Shown here: positions 53,844 to 63,746 of the stretch, piece by piece
Layout of the letters: every line of letters starts with the position of its first letter
Numbering within the stretch: position 1 is the stretch's first letter
DNA from: a virus
Taxonomy: Duplodnaviria; Caudoviricetes
Strand: one strand, 5' to 3'
Virus record (IMG/VR): IMGVR_UViG_3300001199_000006
Location: 1 to 64,000 of that record
Length of the DNA: 64,000 nt
Notes under the pieces: model-generated
Databases searched by the model: none
The model's input: the letters and a program-made list of their open reading frames with translations, nothing else
Told to the model about the DNA's origin: nothing
Made by a program: the position numbers and the translations under genes

Positions 53844-54272
53844 ATGCTCAACCTGATCGCACTCATCCTGTTCGCGTTCTTCGGCAGCGCCCTGACCACA
53901 CTCGGCGGCCTCACGCTCGTCGAGTACGGGCCGAACCCGTCAAGTCGTTACGCGCTCGCGTACGGGCTGACCGCGCTGGCTTTCGTGGCGGTGTTGGCGT
54001 CGGGACGTACCCGCATCGACAGCCTGTTCCCGCGCTGGAGCCTGCGCGAAGGGCTGGGGTACGGCGCGTTGACCACGGGCGTGCTGTGCCTGTTTTTCGA
54101 CAACTACGCCGCAGCGTCGTGCGCGTTCGTGTTGTGCCTGATCGTGCGACATCAGCCGATCAGGATCACGCCGCCGTCGATGCGCGTGGTCGATCCGCCG
54201 AGCAATTCGACCAGCGAACCGGCGTCGATCCGGATGGTCGGCGCGGACAGCTCGATTCGCGAAGTCGCTTGA
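53844..54272 (+). CDS. Small multi-pass membrane protein
   Basis: Three to four hydrophobic segments; the last 121 nt overlap the spike gene antisense. Confidence 0.55.
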   Translation: MLNLIALILFAFFGSALTTLGGLTLVEYGPNPSSRYALAYGLTALAFVAVLASGRTRIDSLFPRWSLREGLGYGALTTGVLCLFFDNYAAASCAFVLCLIVRHQPIRITPPSMRVVDPPSNSTSEPASIRMVGADSSIREVA

Positions 54273-55381
54273 AGCGTGAGGATCGCGCCGCACGTCACGT
54301 CCATGTTGGCTCCGGCGTCGATCGTCATGTTCACGCTGCCCTCGATGTCGAAGTCGCCGTCGGCGGTCAGCGTGAACGTGCTGGCGGCGTTCACCTCGAT
54401 CGCCGCGTTGCAATTCACCTCGATCTTGAGCGCCGCGTCCACGGTGAGCGTGCCTTCGAGGTCGAGCACGACGTTGCCCTGCACCTGTAGCTGGCAGTCG
54501 CCTTCGAGGTCGATCAGGGTGTCGCCCTGCGCCAGGATGGTCAGGGCAGCGTCGGACTCGATCTTGAGGTCGGAGGCCGACTTGATCGTGATCTTGGACT
54601 GGCCGTCCACCTGGATCTCACCGGCCACGTCCACGTCGAGCAGCCCGGCACTCTCCACGACGATCGTGTCCGCCGCCTTGATGTTGATGACCTGACTGCG
54701 CTCGGGCAACGGCGGCGGCGACCCGGGCGGCTGGTACTCGCCGATGTTGATCTCGTCGGCGGCACGGATGTTCGTCACGCCGCCGCAGCGCAACGTGGTC
54801 TCCTCCGTCACGTCCGCGATCAAGATGCGGGTGTTCGCCGTCACCTGGTCAGCATCGACGATCTGCACGGCCGGAGCCGTGAGTTGGATCCGGCCTTCCC
54901 CGCGTAGCTCGATCGTGCCGTCACGCGCGCCAACGCGGATGCGCGAGCCGTCCGGCGTCTCGACCGTGATCCACAGCTCGTCGTCGAGCGGGCTCATCTC
55001 GATCTTGTTCCCAACGCGGTCGATGCGCGTCCAACGCTTCGACGTGCGGTCGTACTCGGCGGTCTGCTCGGCCGGGAGCGGCGGCAACCCGCCCTCGAAG
55101 TTGAGGATCCCGCCCACGATGACGGGGAACCGGCGATCGCCACCCTCGAACATGACCCAGACCGGGTCACCGACCTCGAAGGCCGGGATGTCGCCGAAGC
55201 TGCCACCGCCGAACGCGACGGCGTGCTCGGCCCACGGTAGGTGATCGGACTCGACCTCGGGCGGATGCACGTTCGACACGCGCACGCGGTATCGCTTGCG
55301 CTGCTCGGGGTCCGACGTGACCTCGATCGCGGCGCGGTACACGCCCGGGTACGTCTCGGTCAGCTCGCGCGGATCTCTCAC
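54152..55381 (-). CDS. Baseplate central spike (gp5/gpV/VgrG-like)
   Basis: OB-fold DPEQRKRYRVRV...LPWAE...IPAFEVGDPVWVMFEGGDRRFPVIVG; C-terminal beta-helix repeats. Confidence 0.9.
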   Translation of the reverse strand: MRDPRELTETYPGVYRAAIEVTSDPEQRKRYRVRVSNVHPPEVESDHLPWAEHAVAFGGGSFGDIPAFEVGDPVWVMFEGGDRRFPVIVGGILNFEGGLPPLPAEQTAEYDRTSKRWTRIDRVGNKIEMSPLDDELWITVETPDGSRIRVGARDGTIELRGEGRIQLTAPAVQIVDADQVTANTRILIADVTEETTLRCGGVTNIRAADEINIGEYQPPGSPPPLPERSQVINIKAADTIVVESAGLLDVDVAGEIQVDGQSKITIKSASDLKIESDAALTILAQGDTLIDLEGDCQLQVQGNVVLDLEGTLTVDAALKIEVNCNAAIEVNAASTFTLTADGDFDIEGSVNMTIDAGANMDVTCGAILTLQATSRIELSAPTIRIDAGSLVELLGGSTTRIDGGVILIG

Positions 55382-56634
55382 GACTCAACCTCCAAGCCGA
55401 CGAGGCCACTCGCGTCTCCAGCCAGGGGCGGATCGACCGTGCGCGACGCGACGGTGGGCTCGGTGCCGTCCTGCGCCGAAATCCCCTCGCGCGTCATCTC
55501 GAACGACGTCTCCCAACCCGACGACGAGACTTCGTGTTTTACCTTGAAGACCTGGAAGTTGCCGGAGAGATAATGCAGCTCGCCGTTCGTCTTGAGCACC
55601 TCGGCGCGGATGTAATCGAGGACGCGGATGCGGTGCGTGCCGTGGACCGACAGCTCAGCCGAGTATGCAAAGCGACGATAGTGCTCGTAGCGAGAGCGCG
55701 CGATGCGCTCGGCCTCAGCAGGGTGCCGCGTGACCAAGTTCACGAAGCTGTGGATCCCGTCCCCGAGGTTCGGCCTGGCGGCGGCGTCCACGGCCGTGAC
55801 CGCGCCCTCGGAGTTGACCCCGCCGGTCGAGGTCGAGCGGATGTCAGCGGTCCCGCCCTGCGCCGACACGGGCGAGGTATAGCGGGTGTTGCCGCCGCCC
55901 GAGAGCACGCCGAACAGGCTCATGTCGGCCGGAGTGAACGAGAGCACGTCCCCAGCCATGTCGCGCGCGTACCGGTACAGGTGCGTGCTCGCCGAGATGT
56001 AGTTGGACGTGTGGAAGTGGAGCGCACCTTCTTCGTCGAAGAAGAGGCGGAAGTCGCTGCCGCCGTTCGGGCTGCGCGCCTGTTTCAAGAGCTGATCGCG
56101 GATGAAGTTGAACGCGCTCTCGCCCTTGGTGTTGAACGGCGTCTCCAGCGGCGGCTCCGTCGCCTCGATCGTGTCGTTGCCGAACAGGTCCGACGTCGGC
56201 CATCCCTGCTCTTCCGCGATCGCGCGCACGATCTCGGACGCGCGCATGCCCTCCTTGTACGAGCGCACGGTCCGATCCACGATCGTCGGCCCCAGCGACC
56301 GCGCCATGACCTCCAGGGTCAGGGTCGTGCCGTTGGGCTCGAAGTTCGGACGGTACCGCGTGATCCAGCCTTTGAACGAGCGCTGGAAGCTGTCCACGGG
56401 GTCGTCCCAGCCGAACTGTAGGTCGATGTTCCGGTCGCGCTCGGCCGCGAGGATGGCCAACTCCAGCTCGTCGAAGGTCGGGTCGAACAGCGTGATTGTC
56501 CCGGTCCACGCGCCGGTCGTGACCAGCTCGATCGACAGCTCCGTCAGGTAGTCGGCGAACGGGAGCTGGACCGACGTCCCGGCCCCGCTCAGTGCCAACG
56601 TGCCGACGACCGAGACGTTCGAGTTCGTCGTCAC
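55378..56634 (-). CDS. Baseplate hub (gp27/P2 gpD-like)
   Basis: Position before the spike; IDLQFGW...F.GWIT...; SEIVRAIA...; GESAFNFI; FKVKHEVSSSGWETSFEM. Confidence 0.8.
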   Translation of the reverse strand: MTTNSNVSVVGTLALSGAGTSVQLPFADYLTELSIELVTTGAWTGTITLFDPTFDELELAILAAERDRNIDLQFGWDDPVDSFQRSFKGWITRYRPNFEPNGTTLTLEVMARSLGPTIVDRTVRSYKEGMRASEIVRAIAEEQGWPTSDLFGNDTIEATEPPLETPFNTKGESAFNFIRDQLLKQARSPNGGSDFRLFFDEEGALHFHTSNYISASTHLYRYARDMAGDVLSFTPADMSLFGVLSGGGNTRYTSPVSAQGGTADIRSTSTGGVNSEGAVTAVDAAARPNLGDGIHSFVNLVTRHPAEAERIARSRYEHYRRFAYSAELSVHGTHRIRVLDYIRAEVLKTNGELHYLSGNFQVFKVKHEVSSSGWETSFEMTREGISAQDGTEPTVASRTVDPPLAGDASGLVGLEVES

Positions 56635-57215
56635 TGCCAGTCTCCGGAGATCGGGCCGCCGACCGTCCCGGAGGGGAAGTACCCGAGGTTGCGCTTGAAG
56701 GCGCGCACGACCTCGAACGTCGCGTTGAAGTCAGCGCCGTGCGGGAGCAGGCTGTCCGGGTCCATCGGATCGAAGACCCACTGGATATCCCCGCCCGTCA
56801 GCACGCAGCGCGCGGTCAGGAGGTTGCCCACCTTGAGGAGCACGGGCGGCGGCGCGTAGCTGACGTCCTGCTGCTGGTTGTAGACCGGGTACTTGAGCGC
56901 GTCGAGGAAGCGGGCCGGGAGGATGACCTCCTCGTTCAAGACCTGCTCCGTCACCGTGCTGTTCAAGCCCTGCGCGCGGAACTTGAAGTTGATGTTGATC
57001 GACCGGTTCGGGTTCGAGACCCACACCTTGTACGCCTCGGCGCGACCGATCGGGCTGCTGTCCGTGTACCCCGGGCTCACGCCTTCCGTGATCCCGGAGT
57101 CCCAATCCACGTACGTGATGCGCAGCACGGTCCCGAACGGGTGCTGCCACAACGACCGGTGCGGCCAGCCCGTGTCGATCGCGATCGTCAGCCGATCACC
57201 GAGGTTGGAGTCCAT
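56631..57215 (-). CDS. Tail tube initiator / CIS tube-like protein
   Basis: SPIGRAEAYKVWVSNPNRSININFKF...YPVY...PPPVLLKVG...CVL..G.I.W. Confidence 0.75.
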   Translation of the reverse strand: MDSNLGDRLTIAIDTGWPHRSLWQHPFGTVLRITYVDWDSGITEGVSPGYTDSSPIGRAEAYKVWVSNPNRSININFKFRAQGLNSTVTEQVLNEEVILPARFLDALKYPVYNQQQDVSYAPPPVLLKVGNLLTARCVLTGGDIQWVFDPMDPDSLLPHGADFNATFEVVRAFKRNLGYFPSGTVGGPISGDWQ

Positions 57216-57218
57216 ACG

Positions 57219-60200
57219 CTAGTAGTTACCCTCTGCGACGTCGCGCGTGAACGGGCTGCCCTTGCGCGATCCTCGCACGATGGTTGGCCCCGGCTCCGGG
57301 CGCGCCGCACCGGTCCGGTCCTTCTGCATCAGCGCCAACATCTCGGCCAGGAGCCCGGCCATGAGGTCGAGCTTGTCCGTGATCTCTTCGCGCGGCTCGC
57401 GGCCGATCTCAGCCTGGATCGCCTGCTCGATCGCCTGCGGAGGCACGGGCTCAGCGCGCGGGACCTGTGCAAACCCCTGCACCTGCGAGACGCGGAGCAT
57501 GACCTGCTCCAGCGCGTCCATGAACGGGCCGACGTTCTGCGCCAACTTCTCCGCCGGGTCATCGCCGAACAGACCGCCGAACAGCCCCTCGCCCGGTAGG
57601 TCGCGGATCGTCGCGATCATGCGGGCGTACGCGAGCACGAAGCCCGACAGCCCGTTGACCGTCGCGGTCAGCGACTTCACCTGGTCTGGCCCGGTCTGTA
57701 GTCCGGCGATCGAGCCGAGGAGGCTCTGGAGGAAGCTCCCGGTCCCGCCCGGTCCCGCCGCGCCGCCGGTGAAGAACGCCAGGATGGCGCTCCCAATCTG
57801 CACGGCCCCGAGCACAGCCATCGACCCAGCGATCGCCGTGATGCCCCCGGCCACGCTCACCAGGCCCGCGCCCAGCGCGATCAGGTTCGAGGGTGGGACC
57901 TCGGAGAGGGATTGGAACATCGTGACGACGCCCTGGATCCCGGCGATCAAGACGTCGCCGGTCATCTCGATCAGGGCCTTGCCCACGTCCACGACGCCTC
58001 CGATGCCCGCCACGAGGATCGGGACCGCTTCCTTGATCGCCGGGGCGGCCAGGCGCAGGGCCCCGCCCAGCGCAAGCAGGAAGGCCACGAACGAGACGGT
58101 CAAGGCGATGCCGGGAGGGGAGAGAAGTGCCGTGCCGAGCGTCACGACCCCGCCCGCGAGCGTGGCCATGCCGGTAGAGAGGCCGGTGAACACGCTGCTG
58201 ACCATACCACCCGCGCCGACGCCTCCCTGGAGCTTGCCCACGGCCCCGCCGATGCCCTTAGGGCCCATCAGGCCCGTGACGCGCATCAGACCGCCTGCGA
58301 GGCCCGCGACGAGCTTGCCGCCCGCCACGGCGCTCTGGACCGCGAGCTTGCCTAGGTAGCCGACCGACAACAGGGTGGCGACGTTGAACTCCTTGGTGAG
58401 GTCGAGCACCTCGCCCATCTTCACACCGAAGACGTCGAAGTTACTGACCTGGTTCGTCACGCCCGTCGCCCACTGCTGGAACGCGGTCTTGTTGTTGGTC
58501 GCGCGCTCCGCCAGCACGTCCATCGCCTCACCGTTCGAGACGAGCAACGTGTTCGAACGCGTCAGGTTCGCATTGATCGCGTCTTGGCCGTCGGCGAACT
58601 TCTGGAGGTCGCCGGACGAGACGCCGACCTGCTCGGAGAACGCGCGTAGTTGGTCCGGCGACATACCGCGCGAGTTCTCGGCGATCGAGTTGAAGATCCC
58701 GGCGAGGTCTCCGTCCGTGAGCTTCTGGCGCAGCTCGTCCTGAGCTAGACCCGTGAGCAGGAACGCTTTCTGCGTCGCCTCGATGTTCTCCGGACCGCCC
58801 TCGAACGCACGGGCGAGAACCTGTCGAACCTCTCCGGCTCCGTCGATGAACTGCGTCTGGAGTACGGCTCCGATCTGGTTGAACGAGTTGACCGTGCGCT
58901 GCGCGTCTTCGGCCGAGAGCTGACGCAGCGAAGCTCCCATCTGTTCCACGTCAGCCGTGGTCTGCGTGAGCAGCTCTTGCGCCGAGATGTTGAACCCGCT
59001 GTTCGCGTCCGACAACCGCCCGAGGTTGGCGATCATCGACGTGAACTGCTGATTCTGTAGTCCGATCGACTGCGTCATCTCGAACCCGAGCTTGTTCGTC
59101 TCGCTTGCCGCGACGCCCAAGCCCTCGGCCGCCAACGCCGACGTCTTGCCGAGTTCGACCAGCGTCATAGTGTCGCGCACACCCTGCTCGGCGAGGTCCG
59201 CCATCGACGCGGTGAGCTGATCGACAGACGCGGCATTACCCAGCTCCTCACCCGCCTCGAACGCCGCGATCTTCACCGCGAGCAGTTGCTCACGCGAGCC
59301 GCCGAGGAACGTGTTCATGCGGTTCAGGTTGTCCACCGCGCTGTCGATCGGACGGCCCGCGATCTCGTCGAACACGCCTTTCGCGTCCGCCTTCATCTGC
59401 GGCCACAGGTTCGAGACGTCTGTGATCGCCTTGTGTAGTGCGAGGAACCGCGCGGGTCCGAGGATCCGGCGCAACAGCGTGTCCGACTCCTTGCCCGTGT
59501 CCTCCACCTCCTCACGGAACTCGGAAAGCCCTGCTTTCGCCTGTGCGATCGACGGAGCCAGGCGCACGCGCGTCGTGTACCCGAGGTTGCCCATGAGGCG
59601 GTCGAGCGATTCGACCTTGCCGTTGAGCGTCCCGATCATCTCGTCGTACTGCTTGATCTCCCGCTCGTTCACGAGCCCGGCTTTGGAGAGATCCTGAACC
59701 TTCTTGAGCGCGGTGACGAGGTTCGCGACGTCAGCGAGCGTCTCGGCGATAGGGCCGCTGCCAACGAACTTGCCCGAGGCGTCGCGTAGCTGCCCCGCGA
59801 CATCCATGAGGCCCTGCGTCACGTCGGCCGGGACGACCAGCTCGCCGGGCTTGAGCAGCGCGAGCACGCTGTCCATCGCCTTGTTCGGCCCCTTGACGAT
59901 GCCGCCCTCTTCGAGGCGCGGGATGTCGAAGCGCCCGACCAGATCGGGGAGCGCCTTCATCCGACGCCCCTCGTTCAACTTGACGCGGGCATCGGTCAGC
60001 GCCTTGGTCACGGCGTCGCCGATCGCCTTCGAGAGCTGCTTGCGCGAGCTGACCGAGAACTCCAGGTTCGCCTTCACGGTGAAGGGCTTGATGGCTTTGG
60101 CGATCGTCGCGCTGGACCGTTTCAGCCCGCTCAGCGTGCGCTCCGGTAGCTCGGCCACGGCCTTGACCAGGCTCTCGACCTTGCCCAACGCACTGCTCGC

Positions 60201-60341
60201 ACCCTCGAACGCCTGCGTGTTCAGCTCGTCCAGGGCCTTGACGTACGCGCGGTATGTGCGCTGCGCCTTCTCCAGCGTGGGCCCGAAGGTCGAGTCGTCG
60301 ATCTCCAGGTAGAAGCCGATCGCGTCGTCAGAAAAGGCCAC
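57219..60341 (-). CDS. Tape measure protein
   Basis: 1040 aa, Ala/Gly-rich and helical with a hydrophobic segment, directly upstream of the tube-initiator/hub/spike genes. Confidence 0.85.
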   Translation of the reverse strand: MAFSDDAIGFYLEIDDSTFGPTLEKAQRTYRAYVKALDELNTQAFEGASSALGKVESLVKAVAELPERTLSGLKRSSATIAKAIKPFTVKANLEFSVSSRKQLSKAIGDAVTKALTDARVKLNEGRRMKALPDLVGRFDIPRLEEGGIVKGPNKAMDSVLALLKPGELVVPADVTQGLMDVAGQLRDASGKFVGSGPIAETLADVANLVTALKKVQDLSKAGLVNEREIKQYDEMIGTLNGKVESLDRLMGNLGYTTRVRLAPSIAQAKAGLSEFREEVEDTGKESDTLLRRILGPARFLALHKAITDVSNLWPQMKADAKGVFDEIAGRPIDSAVDNLNRMNTFLGGSREQLLAVKIAAFEAGEELGNAASVDQLTASMADLAEQGVRDTMTLVELGKTSALAAEGLGVAASETNKLGFEMTQSIGLQNQQFTSMIANLGRLSDANSGFNISAQELLTQTTADVEQMGASLRQLSAEDAQRTVNSFNQIGAVLQTQFIDGAGEVRQVLARAFEGGPENIEATQKAFLLTGLAQDELRQKLTDGDLAGIFNSIAENSRGMSPDQLRAFSEQVGVSSGDLQKFADGQDAINANLTRSNTLLVSNGEAMDVLAERATNNKTAFQQWATGVTNQVSNFDVFGVKMGEVLDLTKEFNVATLLSVGYLGKLAVQSAVAGGKLVAGLAGGLMRVTGLMGPKGIGGAVGKLQGGVGAGGMVSSVFTGLSTGMATLAGGVVTLGTALLSPPGIALTVSFVAFLLALGGALRLAAPAIKEAVPILVAGIGGVVDVGKALIEMTGDVLIAGIQGVVTMFQSLSEVPPSNLIALGAGLVSVAGGITAIAGSMAVLGAVQIGSAILAFFTGGAAGPGGTGSFLQSLLGSIAGLQTGPDQVKSLTATVNGLSGFVLAYARMIATIRDLPGEGLFGGLFGDDPAEKLAQNVGPFMDALEQVMLRVSQVQGFAQVPRAEPVPPQAIEQAIQAEIGREPREEITDKLDLMAGLLAEMLALMQKDRTGAARPEPGPTIVRGSRKGSPFTRDVAEGNY

Positions 60342-60344
60342 GCG

Positions 60345-63300
60345 TCACCGTCCCACGGGCTCGGGTTTGCGCGAGAGAAACGCCGTCAGCGCGTTCCGAC
60401 TCGGGATGACCAGCTCTTGCCCGTCGAACATGTCCAGCTCGGGGTCGATGATCCGGTTAGCGTACGCCACGACCCACCACATGTCCTCGAAGCCCGCGCC
60501 GTAGTAGCGGACGGCGATCTGCTCGGGGAATCCGACCTCGTGCGAGCGGACGCGATGGAGCTGGAACTCGGTGCCCAGGGCCTCGAAGTCGGTCAGCGTG
60601 GACATGAGCCCGAACTCGCGACCGTCCGGGTTGCGATCGGCCAAGCGCGGAGCGTCCTCGTCGTTGAAGAAGACGCGCGTGAGCTTGTACCTCGACCGGT
60701 TCGAGAGCTGTAGTCGCCCGAGCTGGGTCTGCGCGGCCTCTTCGAGCGCGAACTGCTGCTGCTCCAGCGAGATCACCAGGTCGATGACCGGCGGCACCTC
60801 GGGCGCGCCCGTGCCCGGGATGATGATGACCTCGGTGTCGGAGTTGTCGAAGTTGTCGCCTTCCATCCGCACGAACAGCGACGCCCAGACCTGATCCGGG
60901 TCGAAGAGCGAGCGGATGACGAAGCGGATGCGCTTGTTCTTGAAGTTGAACCCGTCCGGGATCGTGAAGGTATCGACCTCGTCGCGGTTCAGCGAGAACG
61001 ACCCCGTCTCTTGGTCGATGCGGATCAGCGTCTCGACGTTGCCGGTCTCGACCTCCACCTCCCACCACCACTCGACCGGGCCTGCGTCCGTAGGTCCGGC
61101 ATTGACCGTGGCCGTGACGTTGTGCGCGACGTCCGCGATGACCGAGATGATGATCGGGTTCGGGTTCTGGAACGGCAAGAGGCCGCCGCCCGGGTCAGAC
61201 AAGTCCTCCGGCTCCAGCACGTCGTACGGCTGGTCGGTGTACCGGAAGTCGAGGTCGATCTCGTGGATCGCCTGATCCGTGACGGTCGTGGGCAACTCCT
61301 CGTCGAAGAGGAAGGCGCGGTGCATACCCGTCGCGGACAACCGCGTCGAGGCATTGACCGGGATCGAGATCGCCACGTTCTGCGTCTGGCTGAACGGGTT
61401 GCTCGGCACCTGGTCGTGATTGAGCCGGGTGTAGCAGGCGTCGGTCACGGCGTCCCCGGTCAAGTCCAGGTTGACGCGCGTCCCGGCCGTGATGTTGAGC
61501 GGCGACGCATTGATCGCGGCGATCAGGTTGTCGATCGTGGCGAAGACGTTCGCACCGATCGTGACCGCGATATTCGACCCCGACACGCCACCACCGCTGT
61601 CGAACTCGAAGGTTCTGGGCGTGCTGCCGTCACTGATCGTGAAGCGGTCACCGTCGTTGGGCTGCCCCGACAACCCCAACGTGCCGGTCGCACCGCGAGC
61701 GATGAACAGGACGTCGTCCGGCGTCTCGTCCACGGCGTAGTTCGTGACGTACGAACCAAACTGTTCGCCGGGGATCGGGTACGCCTGCGCGGCGCTCCGC
61801 CAACTCTCGGCTTCGATCTCGAAGCTCCGGAGATCCACGCCCGACAGTTCGTTGAGGATCTGCGCCACCTGCTCGTCCGTGGCACAGGCCGCGATGACGC
61901 GCGCGTCTTTGTAGTCGGCGTCGTCGCAGAGCTGGAGGCCAGTGCCCGAAGCCGGGGAGCCCGTGGCCGTAATGGCCGAGGGCTCGACTTTGCGGTTGCC
62001 GATGATGAGTGAGACCGTCTGAGTGACGGCGTTCCAGCGCACACACAGGACCGCAGGGAACCCCGCGCGGAGCTGCTGATTGGTCCCGTAGTTGTACCGA
62101 TCCGGTGTACCGGTCGCGCCCACGAACAGGAACAGGTCCCGCGAGACGTGGTCATAGAAGAGCCGTAACCCGAGCAGGTCGAAGAACACGACGTCCGTGA
62201 CCGAGGCCGCGTTCTTGCGTCCGCGTACGAACAACGTGATGTCCGAGCGGAAATTGCGGAAGCCGGTCGTGATCTGCGGGTGCGTGGTGAGGGTCGGAGG
62301 CCCGTACAGACGATAGGTGCCGTTCTCGCTCGCGTCCGTGCTCGACGTGTTGAGCGCGTAGTTCGACGTGAGGTTGGTGTCGTTGCCGTACGCGCCGTTG
62401 TTGACGAAGTCGAGCCCCCACCGGTCGGAGAACGCCATCACCGCACCGGGCGCGGCCTCGACCGGATAGACGATCGGGCGCGGCGTCGCCACGGCGATCA
62501 ACGCGCGCCCACCCTCACGGTCGATCCAGTCGTGGAACAGGGTGTTGAGCCCGTTCGACCCGATCACGTACGGATCCCACGCGGCCTGTAGGTTGGCGGC
62601 CTGCGGCGGGGTCGGGATCACGCCCTGCGCCGTCAAGCCCTGCGCTTCGCTCAGCGAGAGCGTCACGTTCCACACCCACACCCCGCACACCGCGCCGCGC
62701 AGGTGGTTCGAGGCCGTGAGGGCCGAGTTCACACGCGCTCCGATCGCGAACTTGGCCGTCGTCGTGACCATCGAACCGGGCGTGCCGGTCGTGGTCTGCG
62801 TGCCCTCATCGGTGGCACCGTTCACCACAATGCGGATGTTGGTGCCGTCGTAGGTGAATACCACGACCGAGCGCGTCCGGATCGCGGTCGCGTTGACGCG
62901 CGAGACCTTGTTCGTACCGGCTAGGTTCGAGCTGATCGAGACTGTGATGAGACCCGTGGTCTTGTCCCACGTCACCTCCCACCCGTTCTGCGTACCTGTC
63001 GGGTCCGTCTTCCCAAGCACCGTACCGGTCTGCGAGAAGTTGGTGATCTCAGGGTCAAAGATCAGCGCGCAGGAGAAGTTCGACCCGCCGTTGAGGTCGG
63101 TGTCCGAGGCATTGGCATGCCAGACGTAGGTCGTGCCGTCGAAGAACAGGTACGGCGGGCTGCGCAACACGCCGATCACGCGAGGGCCCGCAGCGGGCAA
63201 GAGCGTGGACGCGGCACCGATGACGTTGTCCGTGCCGTTGACCTGGACAAGCTCGCCGAAGTCGTGGATGACCCGGCCCGAGACCGGGGCCGTGGCCGAG

Positions 63301-63740
63301 ATCAGACGCGCAGCGAACGCCGAGCCCCCCACGATCGGCTGGAACTTGAGGCTCCCGGCGAACTCCGCCCGCGCATGCACGGGTAGCGGGGAGATGTCGT
63401 AGCTGTCCGTGGTCGAGGTGTTGACGTCGAGCTGCCCACCGAGATCGGCCCGGCCCTGGACCAGGTGTGGGCTCGCAGCCGCGAGTAGCGCGAGCGCGGC
63501 CCGCACGATCCCCGCCGCCGGGAACTGTGCCGTCGCGTCCAGCTCATGCTCCGTGCCGCCCGGCGGATTGCTCGCGCCGATCGTCCGAATAGGTGCGCCG
63601 ACGAGGACCGTCGAAGCGCTAAGCAGCGCAGCGGCGTTCGCCTTGAGCGACGCCGTGAGCACGCCCTCGACCTCGGGGTGAATCCCCAGAGGGTTCTTGC
63701 CGTCGGGGAACGGCAAGCCAGAGAGCGTGAAGCTGGCCAT
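60345..63740 (-). CDS. Large virion protein: LamG/ConA-like domains fused to a C-terminal gp53/LysM-like baseplate domain
   Basis: LamG-like ...VVFTYDGTNIRIVVNG...FAIG...LRGAVCGVWVWNVTLS; C-terminal HRVRSHEVGFPEQIAVRYYG...WWVVAYANRIIDP...GQELVIPS. Confidence 0.7.
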   Translation of the reverse strand: MASFTLSGLPFPDGKNPLGIHPEVEGVLTASLKANAAALLSASTVLVGAPIRTIGASNPPGGTEHELDATAQFPAAGIVRAALALLAAASPHLVQGRADLGGQLDVNTSTTDSYDISPLPVHARAEFAGSLKFQPIVGGSAFAARLISATAPVSGRVIHDFGELVQVNGTDNVIGAASTLLPAAGPRVIGVLRSPPYLFFDGTTYVWHANASDTDLNGGSNFSCALIFDPEITNFSQTGTVLGKTDPTGTQNGWEVTWDKTTGLITVSISSNLAGTNKVSRVNATAIRTRSVVVFTYDGTNIRIVVNGATDEGTQTTTGTPGSMVTTTAKFAIGARVNSALTASNHLRGAVCGVWVWNVTLSLSEAQGLTAQGVIPTPPQAANLQAAWDPYVIGSNGLNTLFHDWIDREGGRALIAVATPRPIVYPVEAAPGAVMAFSDRWGLDFVNNGAYGNDTNLTSNYALNTSSTDASENGTYRLYGPPTLTTHPQITTGFRNFRSDITLFVRGRKNAASVTDVVFFDLLGLRLFYDHVSRDLFLFVGATGTPDRYNYGTNQQLRAGFPAVLCVRWNAVTQTVSLIIGNRKVEPSAITATGSPASGTGLQLCDDADYKDARVIAACATDEQVAQILNELSGVDLRSFEIEAESWRSAAQAYPIPGEQFGSYVTNYAVDETPDDVLFIARGATGTLGLSGQPNDGDRFTISDGSTPRTFEFDSGGGVSGSNIAVTIGANVFATIDNLIAAINASPLNITAGTRVNLDLTGDAVTDACYTRLNHDQVPSNPFSQTQNVAISIPVNASTRLSATGMHRAFLFDEELPTTVTDQAIHEIDLDFRYTDQPYDVLEPEDLSDPGGGLLPFQNPNPIIISVIADVAHNVTATVNAGPTDAGPVEWWWEVEVETGNVETLIRIDQETGSFSLNRDEVDTFTIPDGFNFKNKRIRFVIRSLFDPDQVWASLFVRMEGDNFDNSDTEVIIIPGTGAPEVPPVIDLVISLEQQQFALEEAAQTQLGRLQLSNRSRYKLTRVFFNDEDAPRLADRNPDGREFGLMSTLTDFEALGTEFQLHRVRSHEVGFPEQIAVRYYGAGFEDMWWVVAYANRIIDPELDMFDGQELVIPSRNALTAFLSRKPEPVGR

Positions 63741-63746
63741 GCGCGA

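Noticed and set aside
57219-60345. Programmed frameshift of tail assembly chaperones before the tape measure gene
   Set aside because: The upstream gene is the large LamG/gp53-like protein; no G/GT chaperone pair or slippery site was seen here.
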